64,000 nt of DNA from Chrysomallon squamiferum (Eukaryota > Animalia > Mollusca): positions 18,352,001-18,416,000 of the forward strand of contig CM022673.1 of assembly GCA_012295275.1 (NCBI GenBank), read 5' to 3'. Below the pieces are notes generated by a model. The model did not search any database and was not told where the DNA came from. It saw nothing but the letters and a program-made list of their open reading frames with translations. Position numbers and translations under genes: made by a program. Position 1 is the first letter of the stretch, and the number at the start of each line of letters is the position of its first letter. Of the stretch, positions 1-15,121 are shown in pieces.

Positions 1-225
1 AATTAAAGTTGAATATCGATGTTATCTGTATCCAGCCTTGTTAAGTCACTGCTGATAGTTACTGTGAGAAATCATTAACGTGATCGGTGTCTTCACATAG
101 ATGGGGATCATTAATAATAGTATATAATTAAAGATAAACTGAACAACTTTGTTATTTCTGAAGAGTGTAAGAAACTGATAGCCCGTACGACTCAGTACCT
201 ATGAAGTAGCTCTCATATTCAAAAT

Positions 226-240
226 GGTTGGTGACCCCTG
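226..240. mobile_element. Terminal inverted repeat of a hAT-like non-autonomous DNA transposon (one end only)
   Basis: GGTTGGTGACCCCTG (reverse complement CAGGGGTCACCAACC) preceded by AAGTAGCTCTC..AAAA resembles typical hAT/Charlie MITE ends. The partner end is not visible in the window. Confidence 0.45.
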
Positions 241-1091
241 GTTTAAAATAAGCTTTATCGCATGAAGAACAAAGTATACTAACTTGAATATCTGTAATAT
301 TTATTTTTAAAATTTGTTAAAACGCATGTTATTCACAATTCTCTTCATAAACAGATAAAATGAAATTACGTTTTACATATAGAATGTTTCCCTGTTGAGC
401 CAAAAAGTAATTCTAGTTATTTATATTTAATAACTGGGTATGTAAATGTCACTAAAACATGTAGAATTAACTCAACATGATTTCAGTACAAGACGCTGAT
501 TATGTAAACAAAAAACATTTCTGTTTCTTAATGCGAAATGTAATCCACATTTCACATTTCAATTTTCTTAGTGTGATACATATTACCTTCATTTGTGAAG
601 TGAAAAGAATAATATACGTGATAAAAGTGTAAGAAAAAACAGTTTGTTACAAAACAAATCATATGACAAAAAAATTATTATCCCATTTTCAAGATTAAAC
701 ACCAGTTACTCCATTTTTACGTTCATAATTTTGCGAGTGTGTCGTGTTCAAAAATGTTCTAAGAAAAGTTAAAATAAGATAAATAATATTTGAACTGCTT
801 TTCTCTGTTTTACATTTTATAAAGGAATGGGGAGATAAATTTGTAGAATTTTTTATTTATTATAATTTTGATCTTGTTTCACTGATTAATCTTAAGACGA
901 TACTAAAATAAACGTCATTGTTTTAGATACAACTCCATGCAGTATAAACCTTTAGAATCATTTATACTAAAAATATCTCATTCACTTGCTAAGTGTACTG
1001 TCATAGTAAATATCAGAACGATATCGAATTGAAACCTGTCTGTAGATCAGCAAAGTTCATTTTTTAATCGACCTATTTGAATACTGAAACT

Positions 1092-1130
<39 letters not shown>

Positions 1131-2207
1131 TTTCACAATGGAAAAAAAAATCTTAAGCTATAATTTAATAACAAAATACAACGCGATACAAAACAAATTT
1201 AACTCTGTTTTGAATACATGCATTCATTATCTCAAATAATATAAGAATATTTTAGAAAAAAAAATTCAAAACAAAGTAAAAAGAGTTAAAGAGGAAAAAA
1301 ATGTATGTTTGACTTTCCAGTTGAAGTGAGGTTATTCACTTAGTCATTCGCTTCAAATATGTTTTTTTTTATTTTTTTGCTTTCCATTTTCTTTCTTTTC
1401 TATGCTTTTTCTACGTGTGACGGGGTACATTTTGTTGCTTTTTGAAGTACTGGGGGAGGTAATGAATAGTTTTCTTTATTCTTAAATTTATAATTTTGTT
1501 CTGGTTATTATTCTTGTTTTATATGTGTACTTGTATGTTTGTCTATATGGTTGTATTTATGTACATATGTATATATGTGTGTGTATATATATATATGTTT
1601 ATCTATGTATGTATGTATGTATTTATGATTGTGTGTATGTGTAAATGTATGTGTGGGTATGCTTCTCTGTGTATATATATGTATATGTGTGTGTGTGTAT
1701 GTGTGTGTGTGTGTGTGTGTGTTTTTGTGTGTGTTTTTGTGTGTGTAAATCACAAAATTTCATATCTATTAGTTAATTTATCATTTAAAACTTTCTTCCA
1801 GTAAGTAGCTTGTTGTGACAGAAAAGTTTCGTCTTGTTGTAGAAAATGAGTTGCAGACTCATGGACTGAGCAAGTTAAAATAACTCAGAAAGACATCTTT
1901 TCTGCGGCGTTTTCCAGATGCAGAACAGAAAGTACTAACACACTTTAATTACAGTTTGCGAATTCAAACTCTGCCGTAATTTCAGTAAATTACAGTCAAC
2001 ACAGTGATTAACCTTCAGTATGACTAATATTAAAATGTACTTTGGTACTGAATGTGTTTTGTAAATTTATATTGAAACAAGCTTCCAAAAATCACTGGTA
2101 CTAGATTTTGAAATACAGTAATTTAAGAAGTTCATGGATGTTGTCTGTTTCCTTGTAAGCGGAATACTGAGTGTGATAAAGTGAAAACTGCATAGGCTAT
2201 ACTTTGA

Positions 2208-2209
<2 letters not shown>

Positions 2210-2284
<75 letters not shown>
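2210..2284. repeat. (TG)n microsatellite
   Basis: Pure TG dinucleotide run. Confidence 0.95.
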
Positions 2285-2285
<1 letters not shown>

Positions 2286-3567
2286 TCAAACAAACAAATT
2301 AATTAATTAATTATATAAGTAAGTGAAGTATTAATGTAAGATACAGTTTCATTTTACCACCCGCAAACATATCAAACATATCCTGAACAAAACAATGTAG
2401 AAAAAGAAATGTAGACAGACAGAGAGAGAGACAGATATACGCACTGACAAGCAGTCAGAAAGATAAGCAAAGACATTTAGAGGTTTTTTCTCACATTACC
2501 ACATCTACATTTGAAATGAAAGAAATAAAACGCGGACAAAGAACAGATGTATTATTTGAATCGTCTTATTAGCATCAACTCGTCACTTTAATTATTTATA
2601 CTTGTTTGATCCCGGCAGCCGATATTACTGTTTAATACAACATCATTTATTTTGTTAAAGAAACAATCTAAAGAAAGCATATCTTGCTTATAAAAATATA
2701 TTAGTACTAATACTTTTCATATTTAACATCCGTATAGAGAGTTATTTCAGTTTATCTCCGAAATGAATGATTTATAACTGTTCTGTATTGCTGTTTTATA
2801 ACTATAATATTAAATCTACGTAACGGTTTTTTCAAACTTATAAAATATCTCGCTAAACTTCGTTTGCATTTTTTCATTAACTTTTCAGACAAATATCTTA
2901 TAAATTTCACGACTTTCGTACATCAATATCAAATAAGAAAAAAAAAAAAAAAAATAGAAGTGTATTTTATGTTAGTGTCTAATTGCAAAGTATCGTTTCA
3001 CTTATAAATAATTCACAAACAATATTAGGAAGATACGCTTCACGCACACTCGACTGTTTCTTTCCATGAAAGTAATAACAATATGTAAACACGTTTGAAT
3101 GTACATAACCACAGTATGCATCTTAATAATAGTTTTCTTTTCTTCTTTTTTGTGTCTGTATTGTTTTAGTTATCATTATTTTTTTAGTTATTATTATTAT
3201 TTATTTATTTGTTCCTGTTTTCTGTGTGGATTTTTTCTTGAGGGGGTTGTTGTTGTTTTGTTTTTTTCATTATTAAAGAGTTTTGGTTTTGGTTTTATTA
3301 AAGAGTAAAACAAAAAGAAAAAAACGCTATGCACAGCTGTTACGCAAGTCGGTTGTTTTGTTGTTTTTTTAAAAGAAAAAGAAAACAAACACAAACAAAA
3401 GTAAGTGGTTTTTCAGTATATATCGGTTTTACTTTCACGATACTTCGAACTCTTCTGTTAATTCAGTTTTTGTACCAGGTGATCTTTTGAACTGACTTTA
3501 CCAGTGGAAGTGAGGCGTTGAGAAACAATTAGCTCGAGAAAGTGAAATATAAATGTGTGTCTGCGTG

Positions 3568-3775
<208 letters not shown>

Positions 3776-5558
3776 CTTAACCAACGCTTGACAAGAAACT
3801 TTCTTTACAGTCCTCATTGCTAGACAAAAATAATAATAATGTCTGCTATTTTCGGTTTCTATAGCAACTGAAGATTATAGGATTTAGACCCTTCTTTGAA
3901 GGGTCCATGTTGTCTCGATCGTTAGTATGCCTTAGACATTGACAAGATGGTTTAAAATTAGAAGAAAACGACAATATCGTTGTGTTTTCTAAAGAAATTA
4001 GGTCAAAGGAAACATGAAAAGATGTCCATGTTAACAGAAGAAAGGAAATCGGGAAACTCGCTCAAGTAAAATTGAAGCATAAATGAGATATAAATACGAG
4101 ATAAAGAGACGGAGAATGAGCGAAGTTAGCTGACAAAACAAAGAAAAAAATCCAGAACTAAGGTATAGAATAACAGAGAAATACTTTAATCAATATTCTC
4201 TCTCAACTAAGTATCATTTTATTTCGTAGACAAAGTTCATAATATGTATAGTTAGAACACTGAAAACCAAGCACATCGTAATTATTTTTACTTATACATA
4301 TATACATATAAACAAAAAAATACATACACACTCACACATACACACATAATATTACATACACAGATATAAACATACATTCACAGACACACACATATACACA
4401 TATTCATATTTACGTACGTACGTAGGTACTTAGGTACAAAAACACATGCAAGCAAAAGGCTGTGAGAAATGTTCCTATACACACATATAAATAAAACGGA
4501 CTGTTAGCTCAGTGTAATTTTAATGTTAACGCAGTATAAAAATAATGTTACATGAAGCACGTCGTTTACTAACTCAGAACATATACAGCTTCGTGTCAAA
4601 ACAAATTCATTTTTACCAGGATAATAAAAAGAAGACGTAAACTAATAAAATATAATAATAACCGGAAGTAATTTATTTTAGTATCGACGTAAGAATGTTT
4701 CCGTGTGAAGAGAAGAATGAACTTCCAGGTTCACTTCCGGAATAGCAGTCTTTGATGGTAAATCTCACTAGTTGAGTGACGCAGATCTTTGTAAAACCAG
4801 CGATGTTTCGTCTTCTCGTGTGCTTTACATGTTCTTTAGAAATGTTTTGCTTACTGTTGTTGTTGTTATTGCCGTTATAATAATCAAATCTGTTTATTTT
4901 TGTTTGTAATCGGACACATTTCACAGTCTGTTTAATGAGCTTTACCACTTTTTAAAAAATGTTGATGTTAGTTTGTTTCTATATTTTCTCAAAAAAACAC
5001 ACATACACACGTATGCAGTTGTAAAATACGTACATAAAACATTCATACTTATGCATGAACACACACATATAGATACATACATTCATATATACATAAACGC
5101 ACACACACGTTCGAATACACACATACACACTTACATTCATATATACATAAATACACACACACGTTCGCATACACACATATATGCATATATAGATGTGTTT
5201 AATAATGGACAGTTTCTTTGTTTATCTGAAGTATTCTCTTACATTTTCCACAAAAAAATTAAAAATTAAAATTAAAATTAAAATTAAATAAAAATAAACT
5301 AACTGAACAAATGTGGCAGATATTGTCTGTTCTTAAACGATATTTAAACTGTTAATAGGTGAAAGGTGTTGTAACAGAATGAAGTCATTTTGCATCTTTT
5401 TAAACATTTCTTGCGGACGTCAACGAAATGAGAGAAAACAGTGATGTGTTTCGCGTTACTTTAGTTAATCACTGGAGAAAAATATTAAAACATCTATTTT
5501 AATTTTTAAACTGATTTTTTTTTTCTAATTAAATATCAACGTTTTTATTTTAATTTTT

Positions 5559-5589
<31 letters not shown>

Positions 5590-6264
5590 TATATTATTAT
5601 TATTACATTTTTTTTTTCTTGGTTGTTTTATAACGGAAAGAATCAAACAGTGGATGTTTAAAAGAGAACCGTTACTAACCCTAGTGTTGTCAAAATAGTC
5701 GTGGTATTAATAAGATCATATTTTCTGCTTGAGTTATCTTTCTTGCTTTACCGGAAACCACCATTATTAAGCAGTGTGAGAAAGTGGTTTTAATAACAGT
5801 GTTTGGAAAAGAAGCTGGTTCGTTCTAGTAACAGTAAAAGTAGTTTTCATTAATTACTCCATTTCCAGTGTGACTTGAAACACGTCATTTGAGCGTCTCT
5901 TCATACAGATATCGCCCTCTCCAGCGGATTACTTCTTGTAGTCGTGTCTCTTACCACAGTTAGAAGATCACTTGAAATACAATGAAAATTTCCTTCATTG
6001 ATTTTCAGACATTGTGAATCCAGTCATGTCGCAAAAGAAAGAAATATACGTGTTGAAAATAACGTCATCTGATTAAACCATGACGTACTGGCAGCGTGTT
6101 GTAGAACTAATTTGAGAAGTATAATTACAATTACATTTTCTAACTTCCTAACTAACACACTTAACCAAAATTGTTTCTACGTTGAGTAATAATCACATAG
6201 ATACTAGATTGTTCACTGAGTTCTAGAATGTTTCATATGATTGATTCGTTTACCAAGAATTTAT

Positions 6265-6533
<269 letters not shown>

Positions 6534-9500
6534 GCCTGTGTTTATATGTGACAGTTTGTCCGTCTCTCTCTATATATGTTTTTCTGCATTCAGCTCGCAC
6601 TTATTTCCTGAGATATTAATGTTTACGAGAAACGTTTTTCGTCTTCCGAATCCAAGCAACTGACTTTCTCTATTTCATTTATTTGACTGTCATTATAAAT
6701 AATATCAAGAAATCACGCTAGAAAATTGAGTGACGACTGTGTTAACTTGTATGACGGCCACTACAGAAATACTGACAGCCGAGATATCCGTTGTATTACT
6801 GCAGCAGCAGAGCTAGTGTTATATTATGAACTGTCCAGTTGACCACACACGATATAAAGCGACGCCTGGAGGTGAAACTGTTCTTCTGTCCAGACATGTC
6901 ACATTCACTCCGACCTCGTTATCTCCGATTCACTTCAAAGCTGGAAAATGTAGGCCAATTAAACCTTGTCATCAAGTCCAGTTTTATGTGAGTACAGCCA
7001 GCCAGTTGAGAGTTTCTGCACAAATTCAACCAGTTAATGGTCACTTCGTTTCCTATAAAAAATATAAAAGTCCTCATGATCTCATTTCTCTTTCGGGATC
7101 ACAGGAGACGCTTTTAATGAAATATAAATCATTAATCATTACGATTTTTTTTCTGTTTTCAATATTCGAACTGAAATAGATTTTTCAGAAATGTCCACTA
7201 AGTAATGATCATCTTGTTTTAAACATGCAGGCTCAACGAAGTGTTTTTTTACAAAATGTTAATGGACATCTGTCTTTTTCGTTCAACTTCATAAGACGAC
7301 CAAAGTGTTTCTCGCAAGTGTAAGCTGATTGTTTGTGTTTGAAGCAAACTTACAAGTTTCTGTAAAAAGTGGTCTTCTTCACGGATATTTTGAATTTCTC
7401 TGATCATGTTTTTAAATCATCCACAAACCGCGAAAACGGTGGAAATAATTTCTTCATCGCTCAAATAAAAGTTTGTACAAAACACGGACTTTTATTAAAT
7501 TGTGTCTGTGGACAGATCTAACAGCGCTGAATGTAAACTGTTTTACTACAGCGACTCCAAGTCTCTGCTTGGAGTGACATCAGCAGCTCTGTCTTTTCTT
7601 CAGGTTAGTTAGTCTTACTTCTTGTTCACTGTATTGATCACCTGAATCAGATTAACTATATTTTCTAAATTAACTGTACTTATTATATTAGCATTTCAGT
7701 ATTAGTATTAGTACTGTTGTTTTTGTTGTTGTTGTTGTTGTTATTATTATTATTATTGTTGTTGTTGTTGTTGTTTTTGTTATTGTTATTATTATTATTA
7801 TTGTTGTTGTTATTATTATTATTAAAAATGTTAATGAACTTTCTGCAGGAAATTTCACGAAAATAACTGTTACAGAACGTTCTGCATGTGTCAGGAAAGA
7901 AGCAATTGTTAAACTAGTGTAGAGTGTATACTTAGTTTCTGTTGTCTAAAAAAGAAAATTAAAGTACAGAGTCGAGTACTGAAGCACGCGAAAGCTCAAA
8001 CTCTTTACATTTCCATTAACAGAAAAATTTATTAAAATTCACCGACAGTCTCAATTCTTAGATTGCCAGAAACAGTAATTTATATTTTTTTTTCTTGTTT
8101 GTGTTTATAATTTTTACTTATTTATTTGTTTGTTTGTTTGTTTATTTATTTATTTGTCTCTCTATCTGTCTATATATTTCTCTGTAGGTCTGTCACTCTG
8201 TTTATCTGTTTATTTTTCTGTCTGTAATCTATATATTTTATTCTTTGGGAAAATGTTCTTGTTTGGTTTTAGTTGTAAGAGGGTTTTTATTTAAATTTGA
8301 TTTTCTTGCAATATGTTTTATATCGGAAAATGATTGCACTGTCTGTCATTTTAGTAAAGTTTAATTTAATAAATGGAATGTGTCAAGAACAAATTCACAC
8401 GACTCGGCCATCTGTCAACTTAAAAATCCTATAACTTCATTTACAAACAACAGTCACATCAATTTCGTATTTAGTTTGATGTAGACATTTAAGTTGCTAT
8501 TCGGTTTTGTTGTTGTTGTTGTTCGTTTGTTGTTGGTTTTTGTTGTTGCTTTTTGTATTTTATTTTATTTTTTATTATTATTATTATTTTTTTTTTGCAA
8601 TAACAATATTGCAAACGAGAAAGTAAAACTGATAAATTAAACTGATAAAATACTGAATAAAAATAGTTAACTGTAATTTCGGTTTCTTATTTACATATTT
8701 TATTTTTTGTTTGTTAGTTTATTCGCTATTTTAATTTGCAGTTATGCTGATGATTAGTAGAAATGGATTATATTAATGTTCCACTGCTGCGTAAATCTGT
8801 GTATTTTAGGTCCATCTGTGGACTGCTCTGTGTTAGTGATACCGCTTTCAGTGGAATACATCAAACTTTATCGTTAAAAAAACTAATGTTAACAGTTTTA
8901 CACCTAAGTCTCCTTTTCCACTTATTGAATTTAATCTGATAGTTGCCAGTGAGACATTAATCTTTGAAATCACTGAAACAGATCTGACTGTGTGATTTAC
9001 AGGGGACTTTTTACAGAATGTATGTAAAGATATTTTTTTGTAACAGTTAATACAATTTTTTACACTTTCTTTTTCAGTGTTATTATTTAATTATTATTAC
9101 TGTATCATTATCACTTTATCATTATCATCCTTAGTATTATTGCTATTATTATTATAATCATCATCATCGTCATCATCATCACATTCATCATCATTATTAA
9201 TTAATTACTGCATTTAAGTTTTGTTAAATTTAATTTAAAAAATCTCTAGTTAAATTCAGTTATTTCACAATACAGAGTTAATCAGCTTACAAAGAAACTC
9301 TCTCAAATAGAATAATAATTTCTTCTTTCATCTTCAGAAGAAATTTGTCTTCTATTTTTGGGTGAATGTCTTCTAAAATTATCTTCTTTAATTCGGTTCG
9401 CTGGATGTTAATAACAGTCATATTTGCACTGTTGGGTTCAATTTTATTTAAAAACCAATATAACGTTATGACAAGCTGATTCTATTTTTGACCCAGCCTT

Positions 9501-10053
9501 GATTGTTCCGCCTTGCACTACTCTTGTTGATTTATCGAGACAAGTCTCAACTGGCGTGAACTCGAACTCGCTGAGTTTCACACAACATGGAGGTAAAGTC
9601 AGATGAAACTGTGTGTGAAATGTATCAATTTCCAACAAAAATTCTACGAGATTTAAAGGTTATAAACAGTGAATGAACGTGATAACATCCAAAATGACGT
9701 GGTGACAATGTTGCTTCAGTTGTTGTAAAAGATTTTTTTTTTTTTTTAGTTTTTAAAATGAAGAAAGATTTTCACACTACACTTTACATACAACATTATC
9801 TTAAATAAATTGTTTACCAATTTTACGAAATGAATTCGTACATTGATGTATATTATATATGTTTAATGGGATTGTTAAAAAATGATTACGTCATGTCAGT
9901 ATTAATGCACGCTTGACGTAACTGGTGACATCACAAAAGAGATATTCCAGAAAGTAATGTGTGGTACGCGTGATCTCATGTTGGCAATACTATAAACTAA
10001 CAAAAACAACAAACAAACCTGTCACATTGTGTAATCTTCAGAAATTTGTTATA

Positions 10054-10391
10054 CAGGTACCGGACCAATTATCCGGTGTCCTGAAATCCGGAAAGACCAG
10101 AAAACCGGAAGTTTTTTCCCGACGCTATTTTCACAGTTCGCGCGCGCGGGTGTTGTCCTCACCAGACCGGAACTACTCGTTCAAGCCGCGTGGCGTTCAT
10201 TCACTCGCCGCGTTGTTTTACGTGACGAGTCGCCACAGTTGTGTATCGTCAATTTTGTTTATGTTTTTTATTTTAAAATGTTTATGCTTAATTATTTACG
10301 TATTTAGATGCCTTGGTACTGGAAAACCGGAAATCCAGAATTCCGGAATGCCTCATGCCCCAAGGAGTCCGGATAATTGGTCCGGTAGCTG
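10054..10391. mobile_element. MITE (Tc1/mariner-pogo type non-autonomous element), 338 bp
   Basis: 23-bp TIRs: CAGGTACCGGACCAATTATCCGG (10054-10076) and CCGGATAATTGGTCCGGTAGCTG (10369-10391), 1 mismatch. TA on the left flank, TT on the right. Internal TCCGGAA/AACCGGAA subrepeats; GC-rich relative to the flanks. Confidence 0.85.
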
Positions 10392-11161
10392 TTTAATGTT
10401 TTGATTTTTTCAGTCAAATATTTTCTCTCTTACTGTTTAGCAGCAGACTGCATGTAATTCAGTTATTATGTTATTCAAAGGCTGCGAAAGATTCTAAATT
10501 ACAAATTTCAACTTATTTATCTTCCTTTCTCTTCTTGTTAATTTTGGATTACTTTAATATATATATTTAAGAATACAGATAACTCGAATTAATTGACAAT
10601 TTTTTTTTTTTTCATCTTTCTCGTCTTCTATATATTTATTTATTTATTATTTTGGGAGGTGGGTGTTTTCGCATATCACAATTTTCGTTGAAACGTTTTT
10701 GCAGTTCGATGAAGTAAAATAATTACGGCAGATGTGAGAGAAAGACGACTTAAAGGTTAATTACGTAAATAACGTCGAGTCGTCCTGCACGTTTGTTCCG
10801 TGCTAGTTACCAGAGTGTTTCTTCTCACTACAGTTCTCTCTTACTTCTCGTTATTATTTTAAATGTCGTTAATTGAACAAAGAGAATGCAGGATCCGATA
10901 ATTCCTTCGAGCTTTTTCAAACTGTTTTATCAGAGGTTGTAATTATCAAGTAGTTCCTGTCGTTTTCTCACCGACCTTTGAAGTAAGATGACACACAAAC
11001 AAAAAACTAAATCTAACTGAAATTAAATTGGAGATTTAAAATAATGAAAGGAAAAGAAAACAAAAATGTAGAAAAAAGTTTGTAAAAAAAGTAATCAAGA
11101 TTAAATGGTGGTATTTAAAATTTTAATGAAAGTTTCTGTTTGCCCGTTATTTTTGCTGGAT

Positions 11162-11222
<61 letters not shown>

Positions 11223-12084
11223 ATTTTCTTATTTTCTTTTTTGTTTGTTAGTTTATTCGTTATTTTAATTTGCAATGATGGTGATGATTAGTAGACGCAG
11301 TTATTTCATGAAATGCTTAAGTTGAAAATATTATTTAACCGGCAAACTAAAACAAAACTTGACGCTTTAAAATAAAGAAACCGAATCGAGAATGTAAAGA
11401 ACTGCATTCAGAACTAACGTCTTTATAAAAATATACATGTACAAGAAAGGAAATAAAGACATAACAAATAGTTATGATTTTTGTAACAAACGTATTCTCA
11501 TAGTGTTATACGAAATGGGTGCTTTACTCTGCGGTGTGAACTGCGAACAAATCAAAATTCTCCTTTGTTTCACCATCATTATCAGTGTGTGCATCTGATT
11601 CTGAATAAATTAACTTGTGATATAAATGCACGCCGATGTTTAACACGGCAACGAGTTTATAACGGAAACACGATAATTTAACTTATCCGGAAACATATCA
11701 ACACGGAAATAAGACAAATTGGTGTAATCAATAAACCTCTTCGTCTTCGAGCAACGACCGCGACAGTGTCTGCAACAAGTGGTGACATTTAAAACGAGAT
11801 GGGTTGAAATGATTTCTGAGCATTTCAGTCTGGCAGGCCTGTAAAATAATAAGTTAATGTTAGGATAATGGAAATGACTGAGTTGCAGGTTAAAAAGAAA
11901 AACAGAAAATAGAAGTGCAGGCGAGAAAGTCGGAGATAAAGCCATAGAGCTTCGCGCACCATTTAACAAATTCCACAACCGATTTTATAGTATTTAAAAG
12001 GTTTTTAGCAGTCTAAGTTCATAATTAGCTTAAGTTTTCTCTAATTACATCAGTGATGTCGGGGGACGCTACGGAATGAAACTG

Positions 12085-12232
12085 CTAGTGTTGATGTTGT
12101 CACTATTAGTGTTAGTGTTGACGTCACAATTAGTATTAGTGTTGTTGTCACTATTAGTGTTAGTGTTGGTCTTGTCACTATTAGCGTTAGTGTTGATTTT
12201 GGCACTATCAGTGTTAGTGTTGATATTATTAC
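12085..12232. repeat. Degenerate minisatellite (TGTCACTATTAGTGTTAGTGTTG-like units)
   Basis: About 5 imperfect copies of ~27-33 bp; explains the LVLVL and NTNTN ORFs. Confidence 0.8.
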
Positions 12233-13096
12233 TGTTAATCAAAGGCGACAATTGCAGAAATGTTTGTAAGATAATTCAGTTTTAAACACACTCCAACAAG
12301 CATAAACCATTACGTAAACAGACACACACAGAGATATACACAGACACATACAGAAATAGACAAGCACATAAACACACATAGGCACATTCAAACATAGACA
12401 AAAGCAAAAACACAGACACGTTGTTAAATACACAAACACATAAACACAGAGACACATACAGATATACACAAACATAAAAACACACAAACATATACAGATA
12501 CACACGTAGAAACATATATAAATTATTTCGTAGACGACACTGCAATCAAATTAGCAATGTTCAAACCGTCCTGGAATCACTTCTGTCGTTCATTGAATTA
12601 ATATTTATCAACACCCTGTGACAAATTAATGTTAAAATTGTTATTAGCTGTCACACAAAATAACTATATAGAGTGACACATTGAAATACAATACATTTTT
12701 ATTACAAAATGTATTTCAATAAAACTGTACAAATAAAACTAACACATATATCATAAAATATTGTTTATATTAAAATATTACTACATACTACATATATCCG
12801 ATATATAAACATATATGTCAGTATCAATACATTAAGAAATTAAAAGAAAAAAAAAAAAAAAAAAAAAAAAAAAGGAGAAAAAGAAGCAAATAAACAACAA
12901 AAAATCCACCCAAAACAACAAAAGAACATTAATAAATTGTTCATCAAAAAAACTAAACTATTTGTATCATACCTAGAGAATATAATTTTTTTTTATCATT
13001 ATCAAAATATTATGATAAATTCAAAATAAACCACATATATTAATAAATCGTTAGTCATAAATTACCATATGTACCAAAATATTATTGCGTATACTA

Positions 13097-13132
<36 letters not shown>

Positions 13133-13635
13133 TTATATATATATATATACAAGATATATAAACCTCCTGACACATCAGTATATTAAACTTTATGTTAGAA
13201 AAACATATAATAAACAAATAATCAAATTCTTCAAACGACTAACAAACAAGTTAAAACACGTCATTTCGCCATGTTTCCACTCATAGTTTAACATTTGAAA
13301 CACCGATTATGGAATATTAAATATTTTGTTCACATTGTTTTGATGGGTTTTGGCTTTGCAGTCATAAAGTTATATCTTTTATAAAAATAACCTTAACGAT
13401 TGGTAGTAAAATAATCCTTTTTCTTCATAGCTTTTTTTCTTCATTAGTACATTATGTTTGGATAATGTATCATATTCAAACATATTTCATGTTTCCAGAT
13501 GTTTTTGAAAGATATAATTTGTTTTATTGTATTGTATTTTGTACTTATTATATATATATATAATATTTTGAGTTTTGTAAAAAAAAATTGTGTGTTTTGT
13601 TATTGCTAATATTGTTGTTGATGTTGTTGTTGTTG

Positions 13636-13670
<35 letters not shown>

Positions 13671-14008
13671 TATTATTATTCTGTACTTTTTATTTAAAAC
13701 AAAAAATGTCTTATTTGATCTTCTTTTTTCTTTTTAAAATACTTTACCTAACAATATTTCCTCAGTCTTATTACATTTTAATAGATCAATAAAAAAATTA
13801 TATAAATAAAAAAATAAAAAAATATAAAAAATTCGTCTGCTGTTTAATCTAAATCATAGGTGAATTTCAAAGTTGTTTTTCTTTTTTTTTTTTTTTTTTT
13901 TTTTTCTTTTTTTAAGAACGCAGTAATTGAAGACATATGGTCATTAAATGTAAATTACAAATAATTTTTTATGAAAATTTATATGTAACGGATATTGAGA
14001 ATTAATTT

Positions 14009-14041
<33 letters not shown>

Positions 14042-14388
14042 GCAAATGAATTTTTACTGCGAGACGGGTAATTTTGTAAAAAACCCAGAAAACAAATTTA
14101 TAGCTTTCTATTTGCGTCTGTCAAGTAGATCGATGTATATTAAAATAATAATGGTAAGAAAAAATATATGTTTTCTTTTTTATAGTTTTATTTCATTTTA
14201 ATGGCGTGGGGGTGTGCGGGTTTTGTTTGTCGGGGTAGTATAATTTATTTCATTTTAGTTTTGTAAAAGTACATTTTTCAGGCGATGATTATTTAAAATA
14301 AATAAAATTAAGGTCTTCTGTCTTCATCTGTCTGTCCTTTTCTTCTTTCGAAATATTTTGTTTTGTTTTATTTTATTTCGTTTATGGT

Positions 14389-14431
<43 letters not shown>

Positions 14432-15121
14432 TTTTATTTTATTTTATTTTTTTATTTTATTTTATTTTATTTCATTTTTATTTTTCGAGTTTGGCTTTTG
14501 TAGGAGTTTATTTTATTTTAGTTTATATATCTTTTTTGTTTGCAGATTTTATTACTAATTAATCAATTTATTTTGTATTTATTTGTTTGTTTGTTGTTTG
14601 TTTGTTTGATTGGTTGACTGGTAGATTGGTTGTTTCTTTTTCCTGTATTTATATTTATTATAAAATGTCTCTTGATATTTACTGAACTGTCTACAGGTAG
14701 TGCTATTTCTTGTTTCATTTTCTATTTCTTGTCAATTTAACAAACACCAGAAATTATTCTCTTAAATTTATTTTGTATCTTCATATTCGTCCATTTTAGT
14801 GTTTAATCCTTACCACAGAATGATATAAATTTGAATCTAATGAGATACGTTTTCACTTGGACTATCTAAACTTTACACAATACACAAACAGTTACCTCAA
14901 TCGGGTACTTTATGCAAATTTATACAGCACAACCTTAGTAAAGAGTCATCAGGTTTCATCTAATAGAGAAAAGCTGAATTAATGACTGTCAACAATGTTT
15001 GTGAAACTTCAAATTTGTGCACGCATCATCACATATTATTTTTTAATAAGCGGCTGTGAGACATTTTCGTGTTACATGTTACGTGAACAAGGAAGTGCAT
15101 GCTATTGATACACCTGTCTCC

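Noticed and set aside
4673-4948. 91-aa minus-strand ORF with adjacent ACTTCCGG motif
   Set aside because: No recognisable domain, no ATG start, it includes a (TTG)n tract, and no partner exons were found.
9961-10404. 147-aa ORF overlapping the MITE as a transposase
   Set aside because: No DDE or HTH motifs, and it starts outside the TIR. It is a chance ORF across a GC-richer element.
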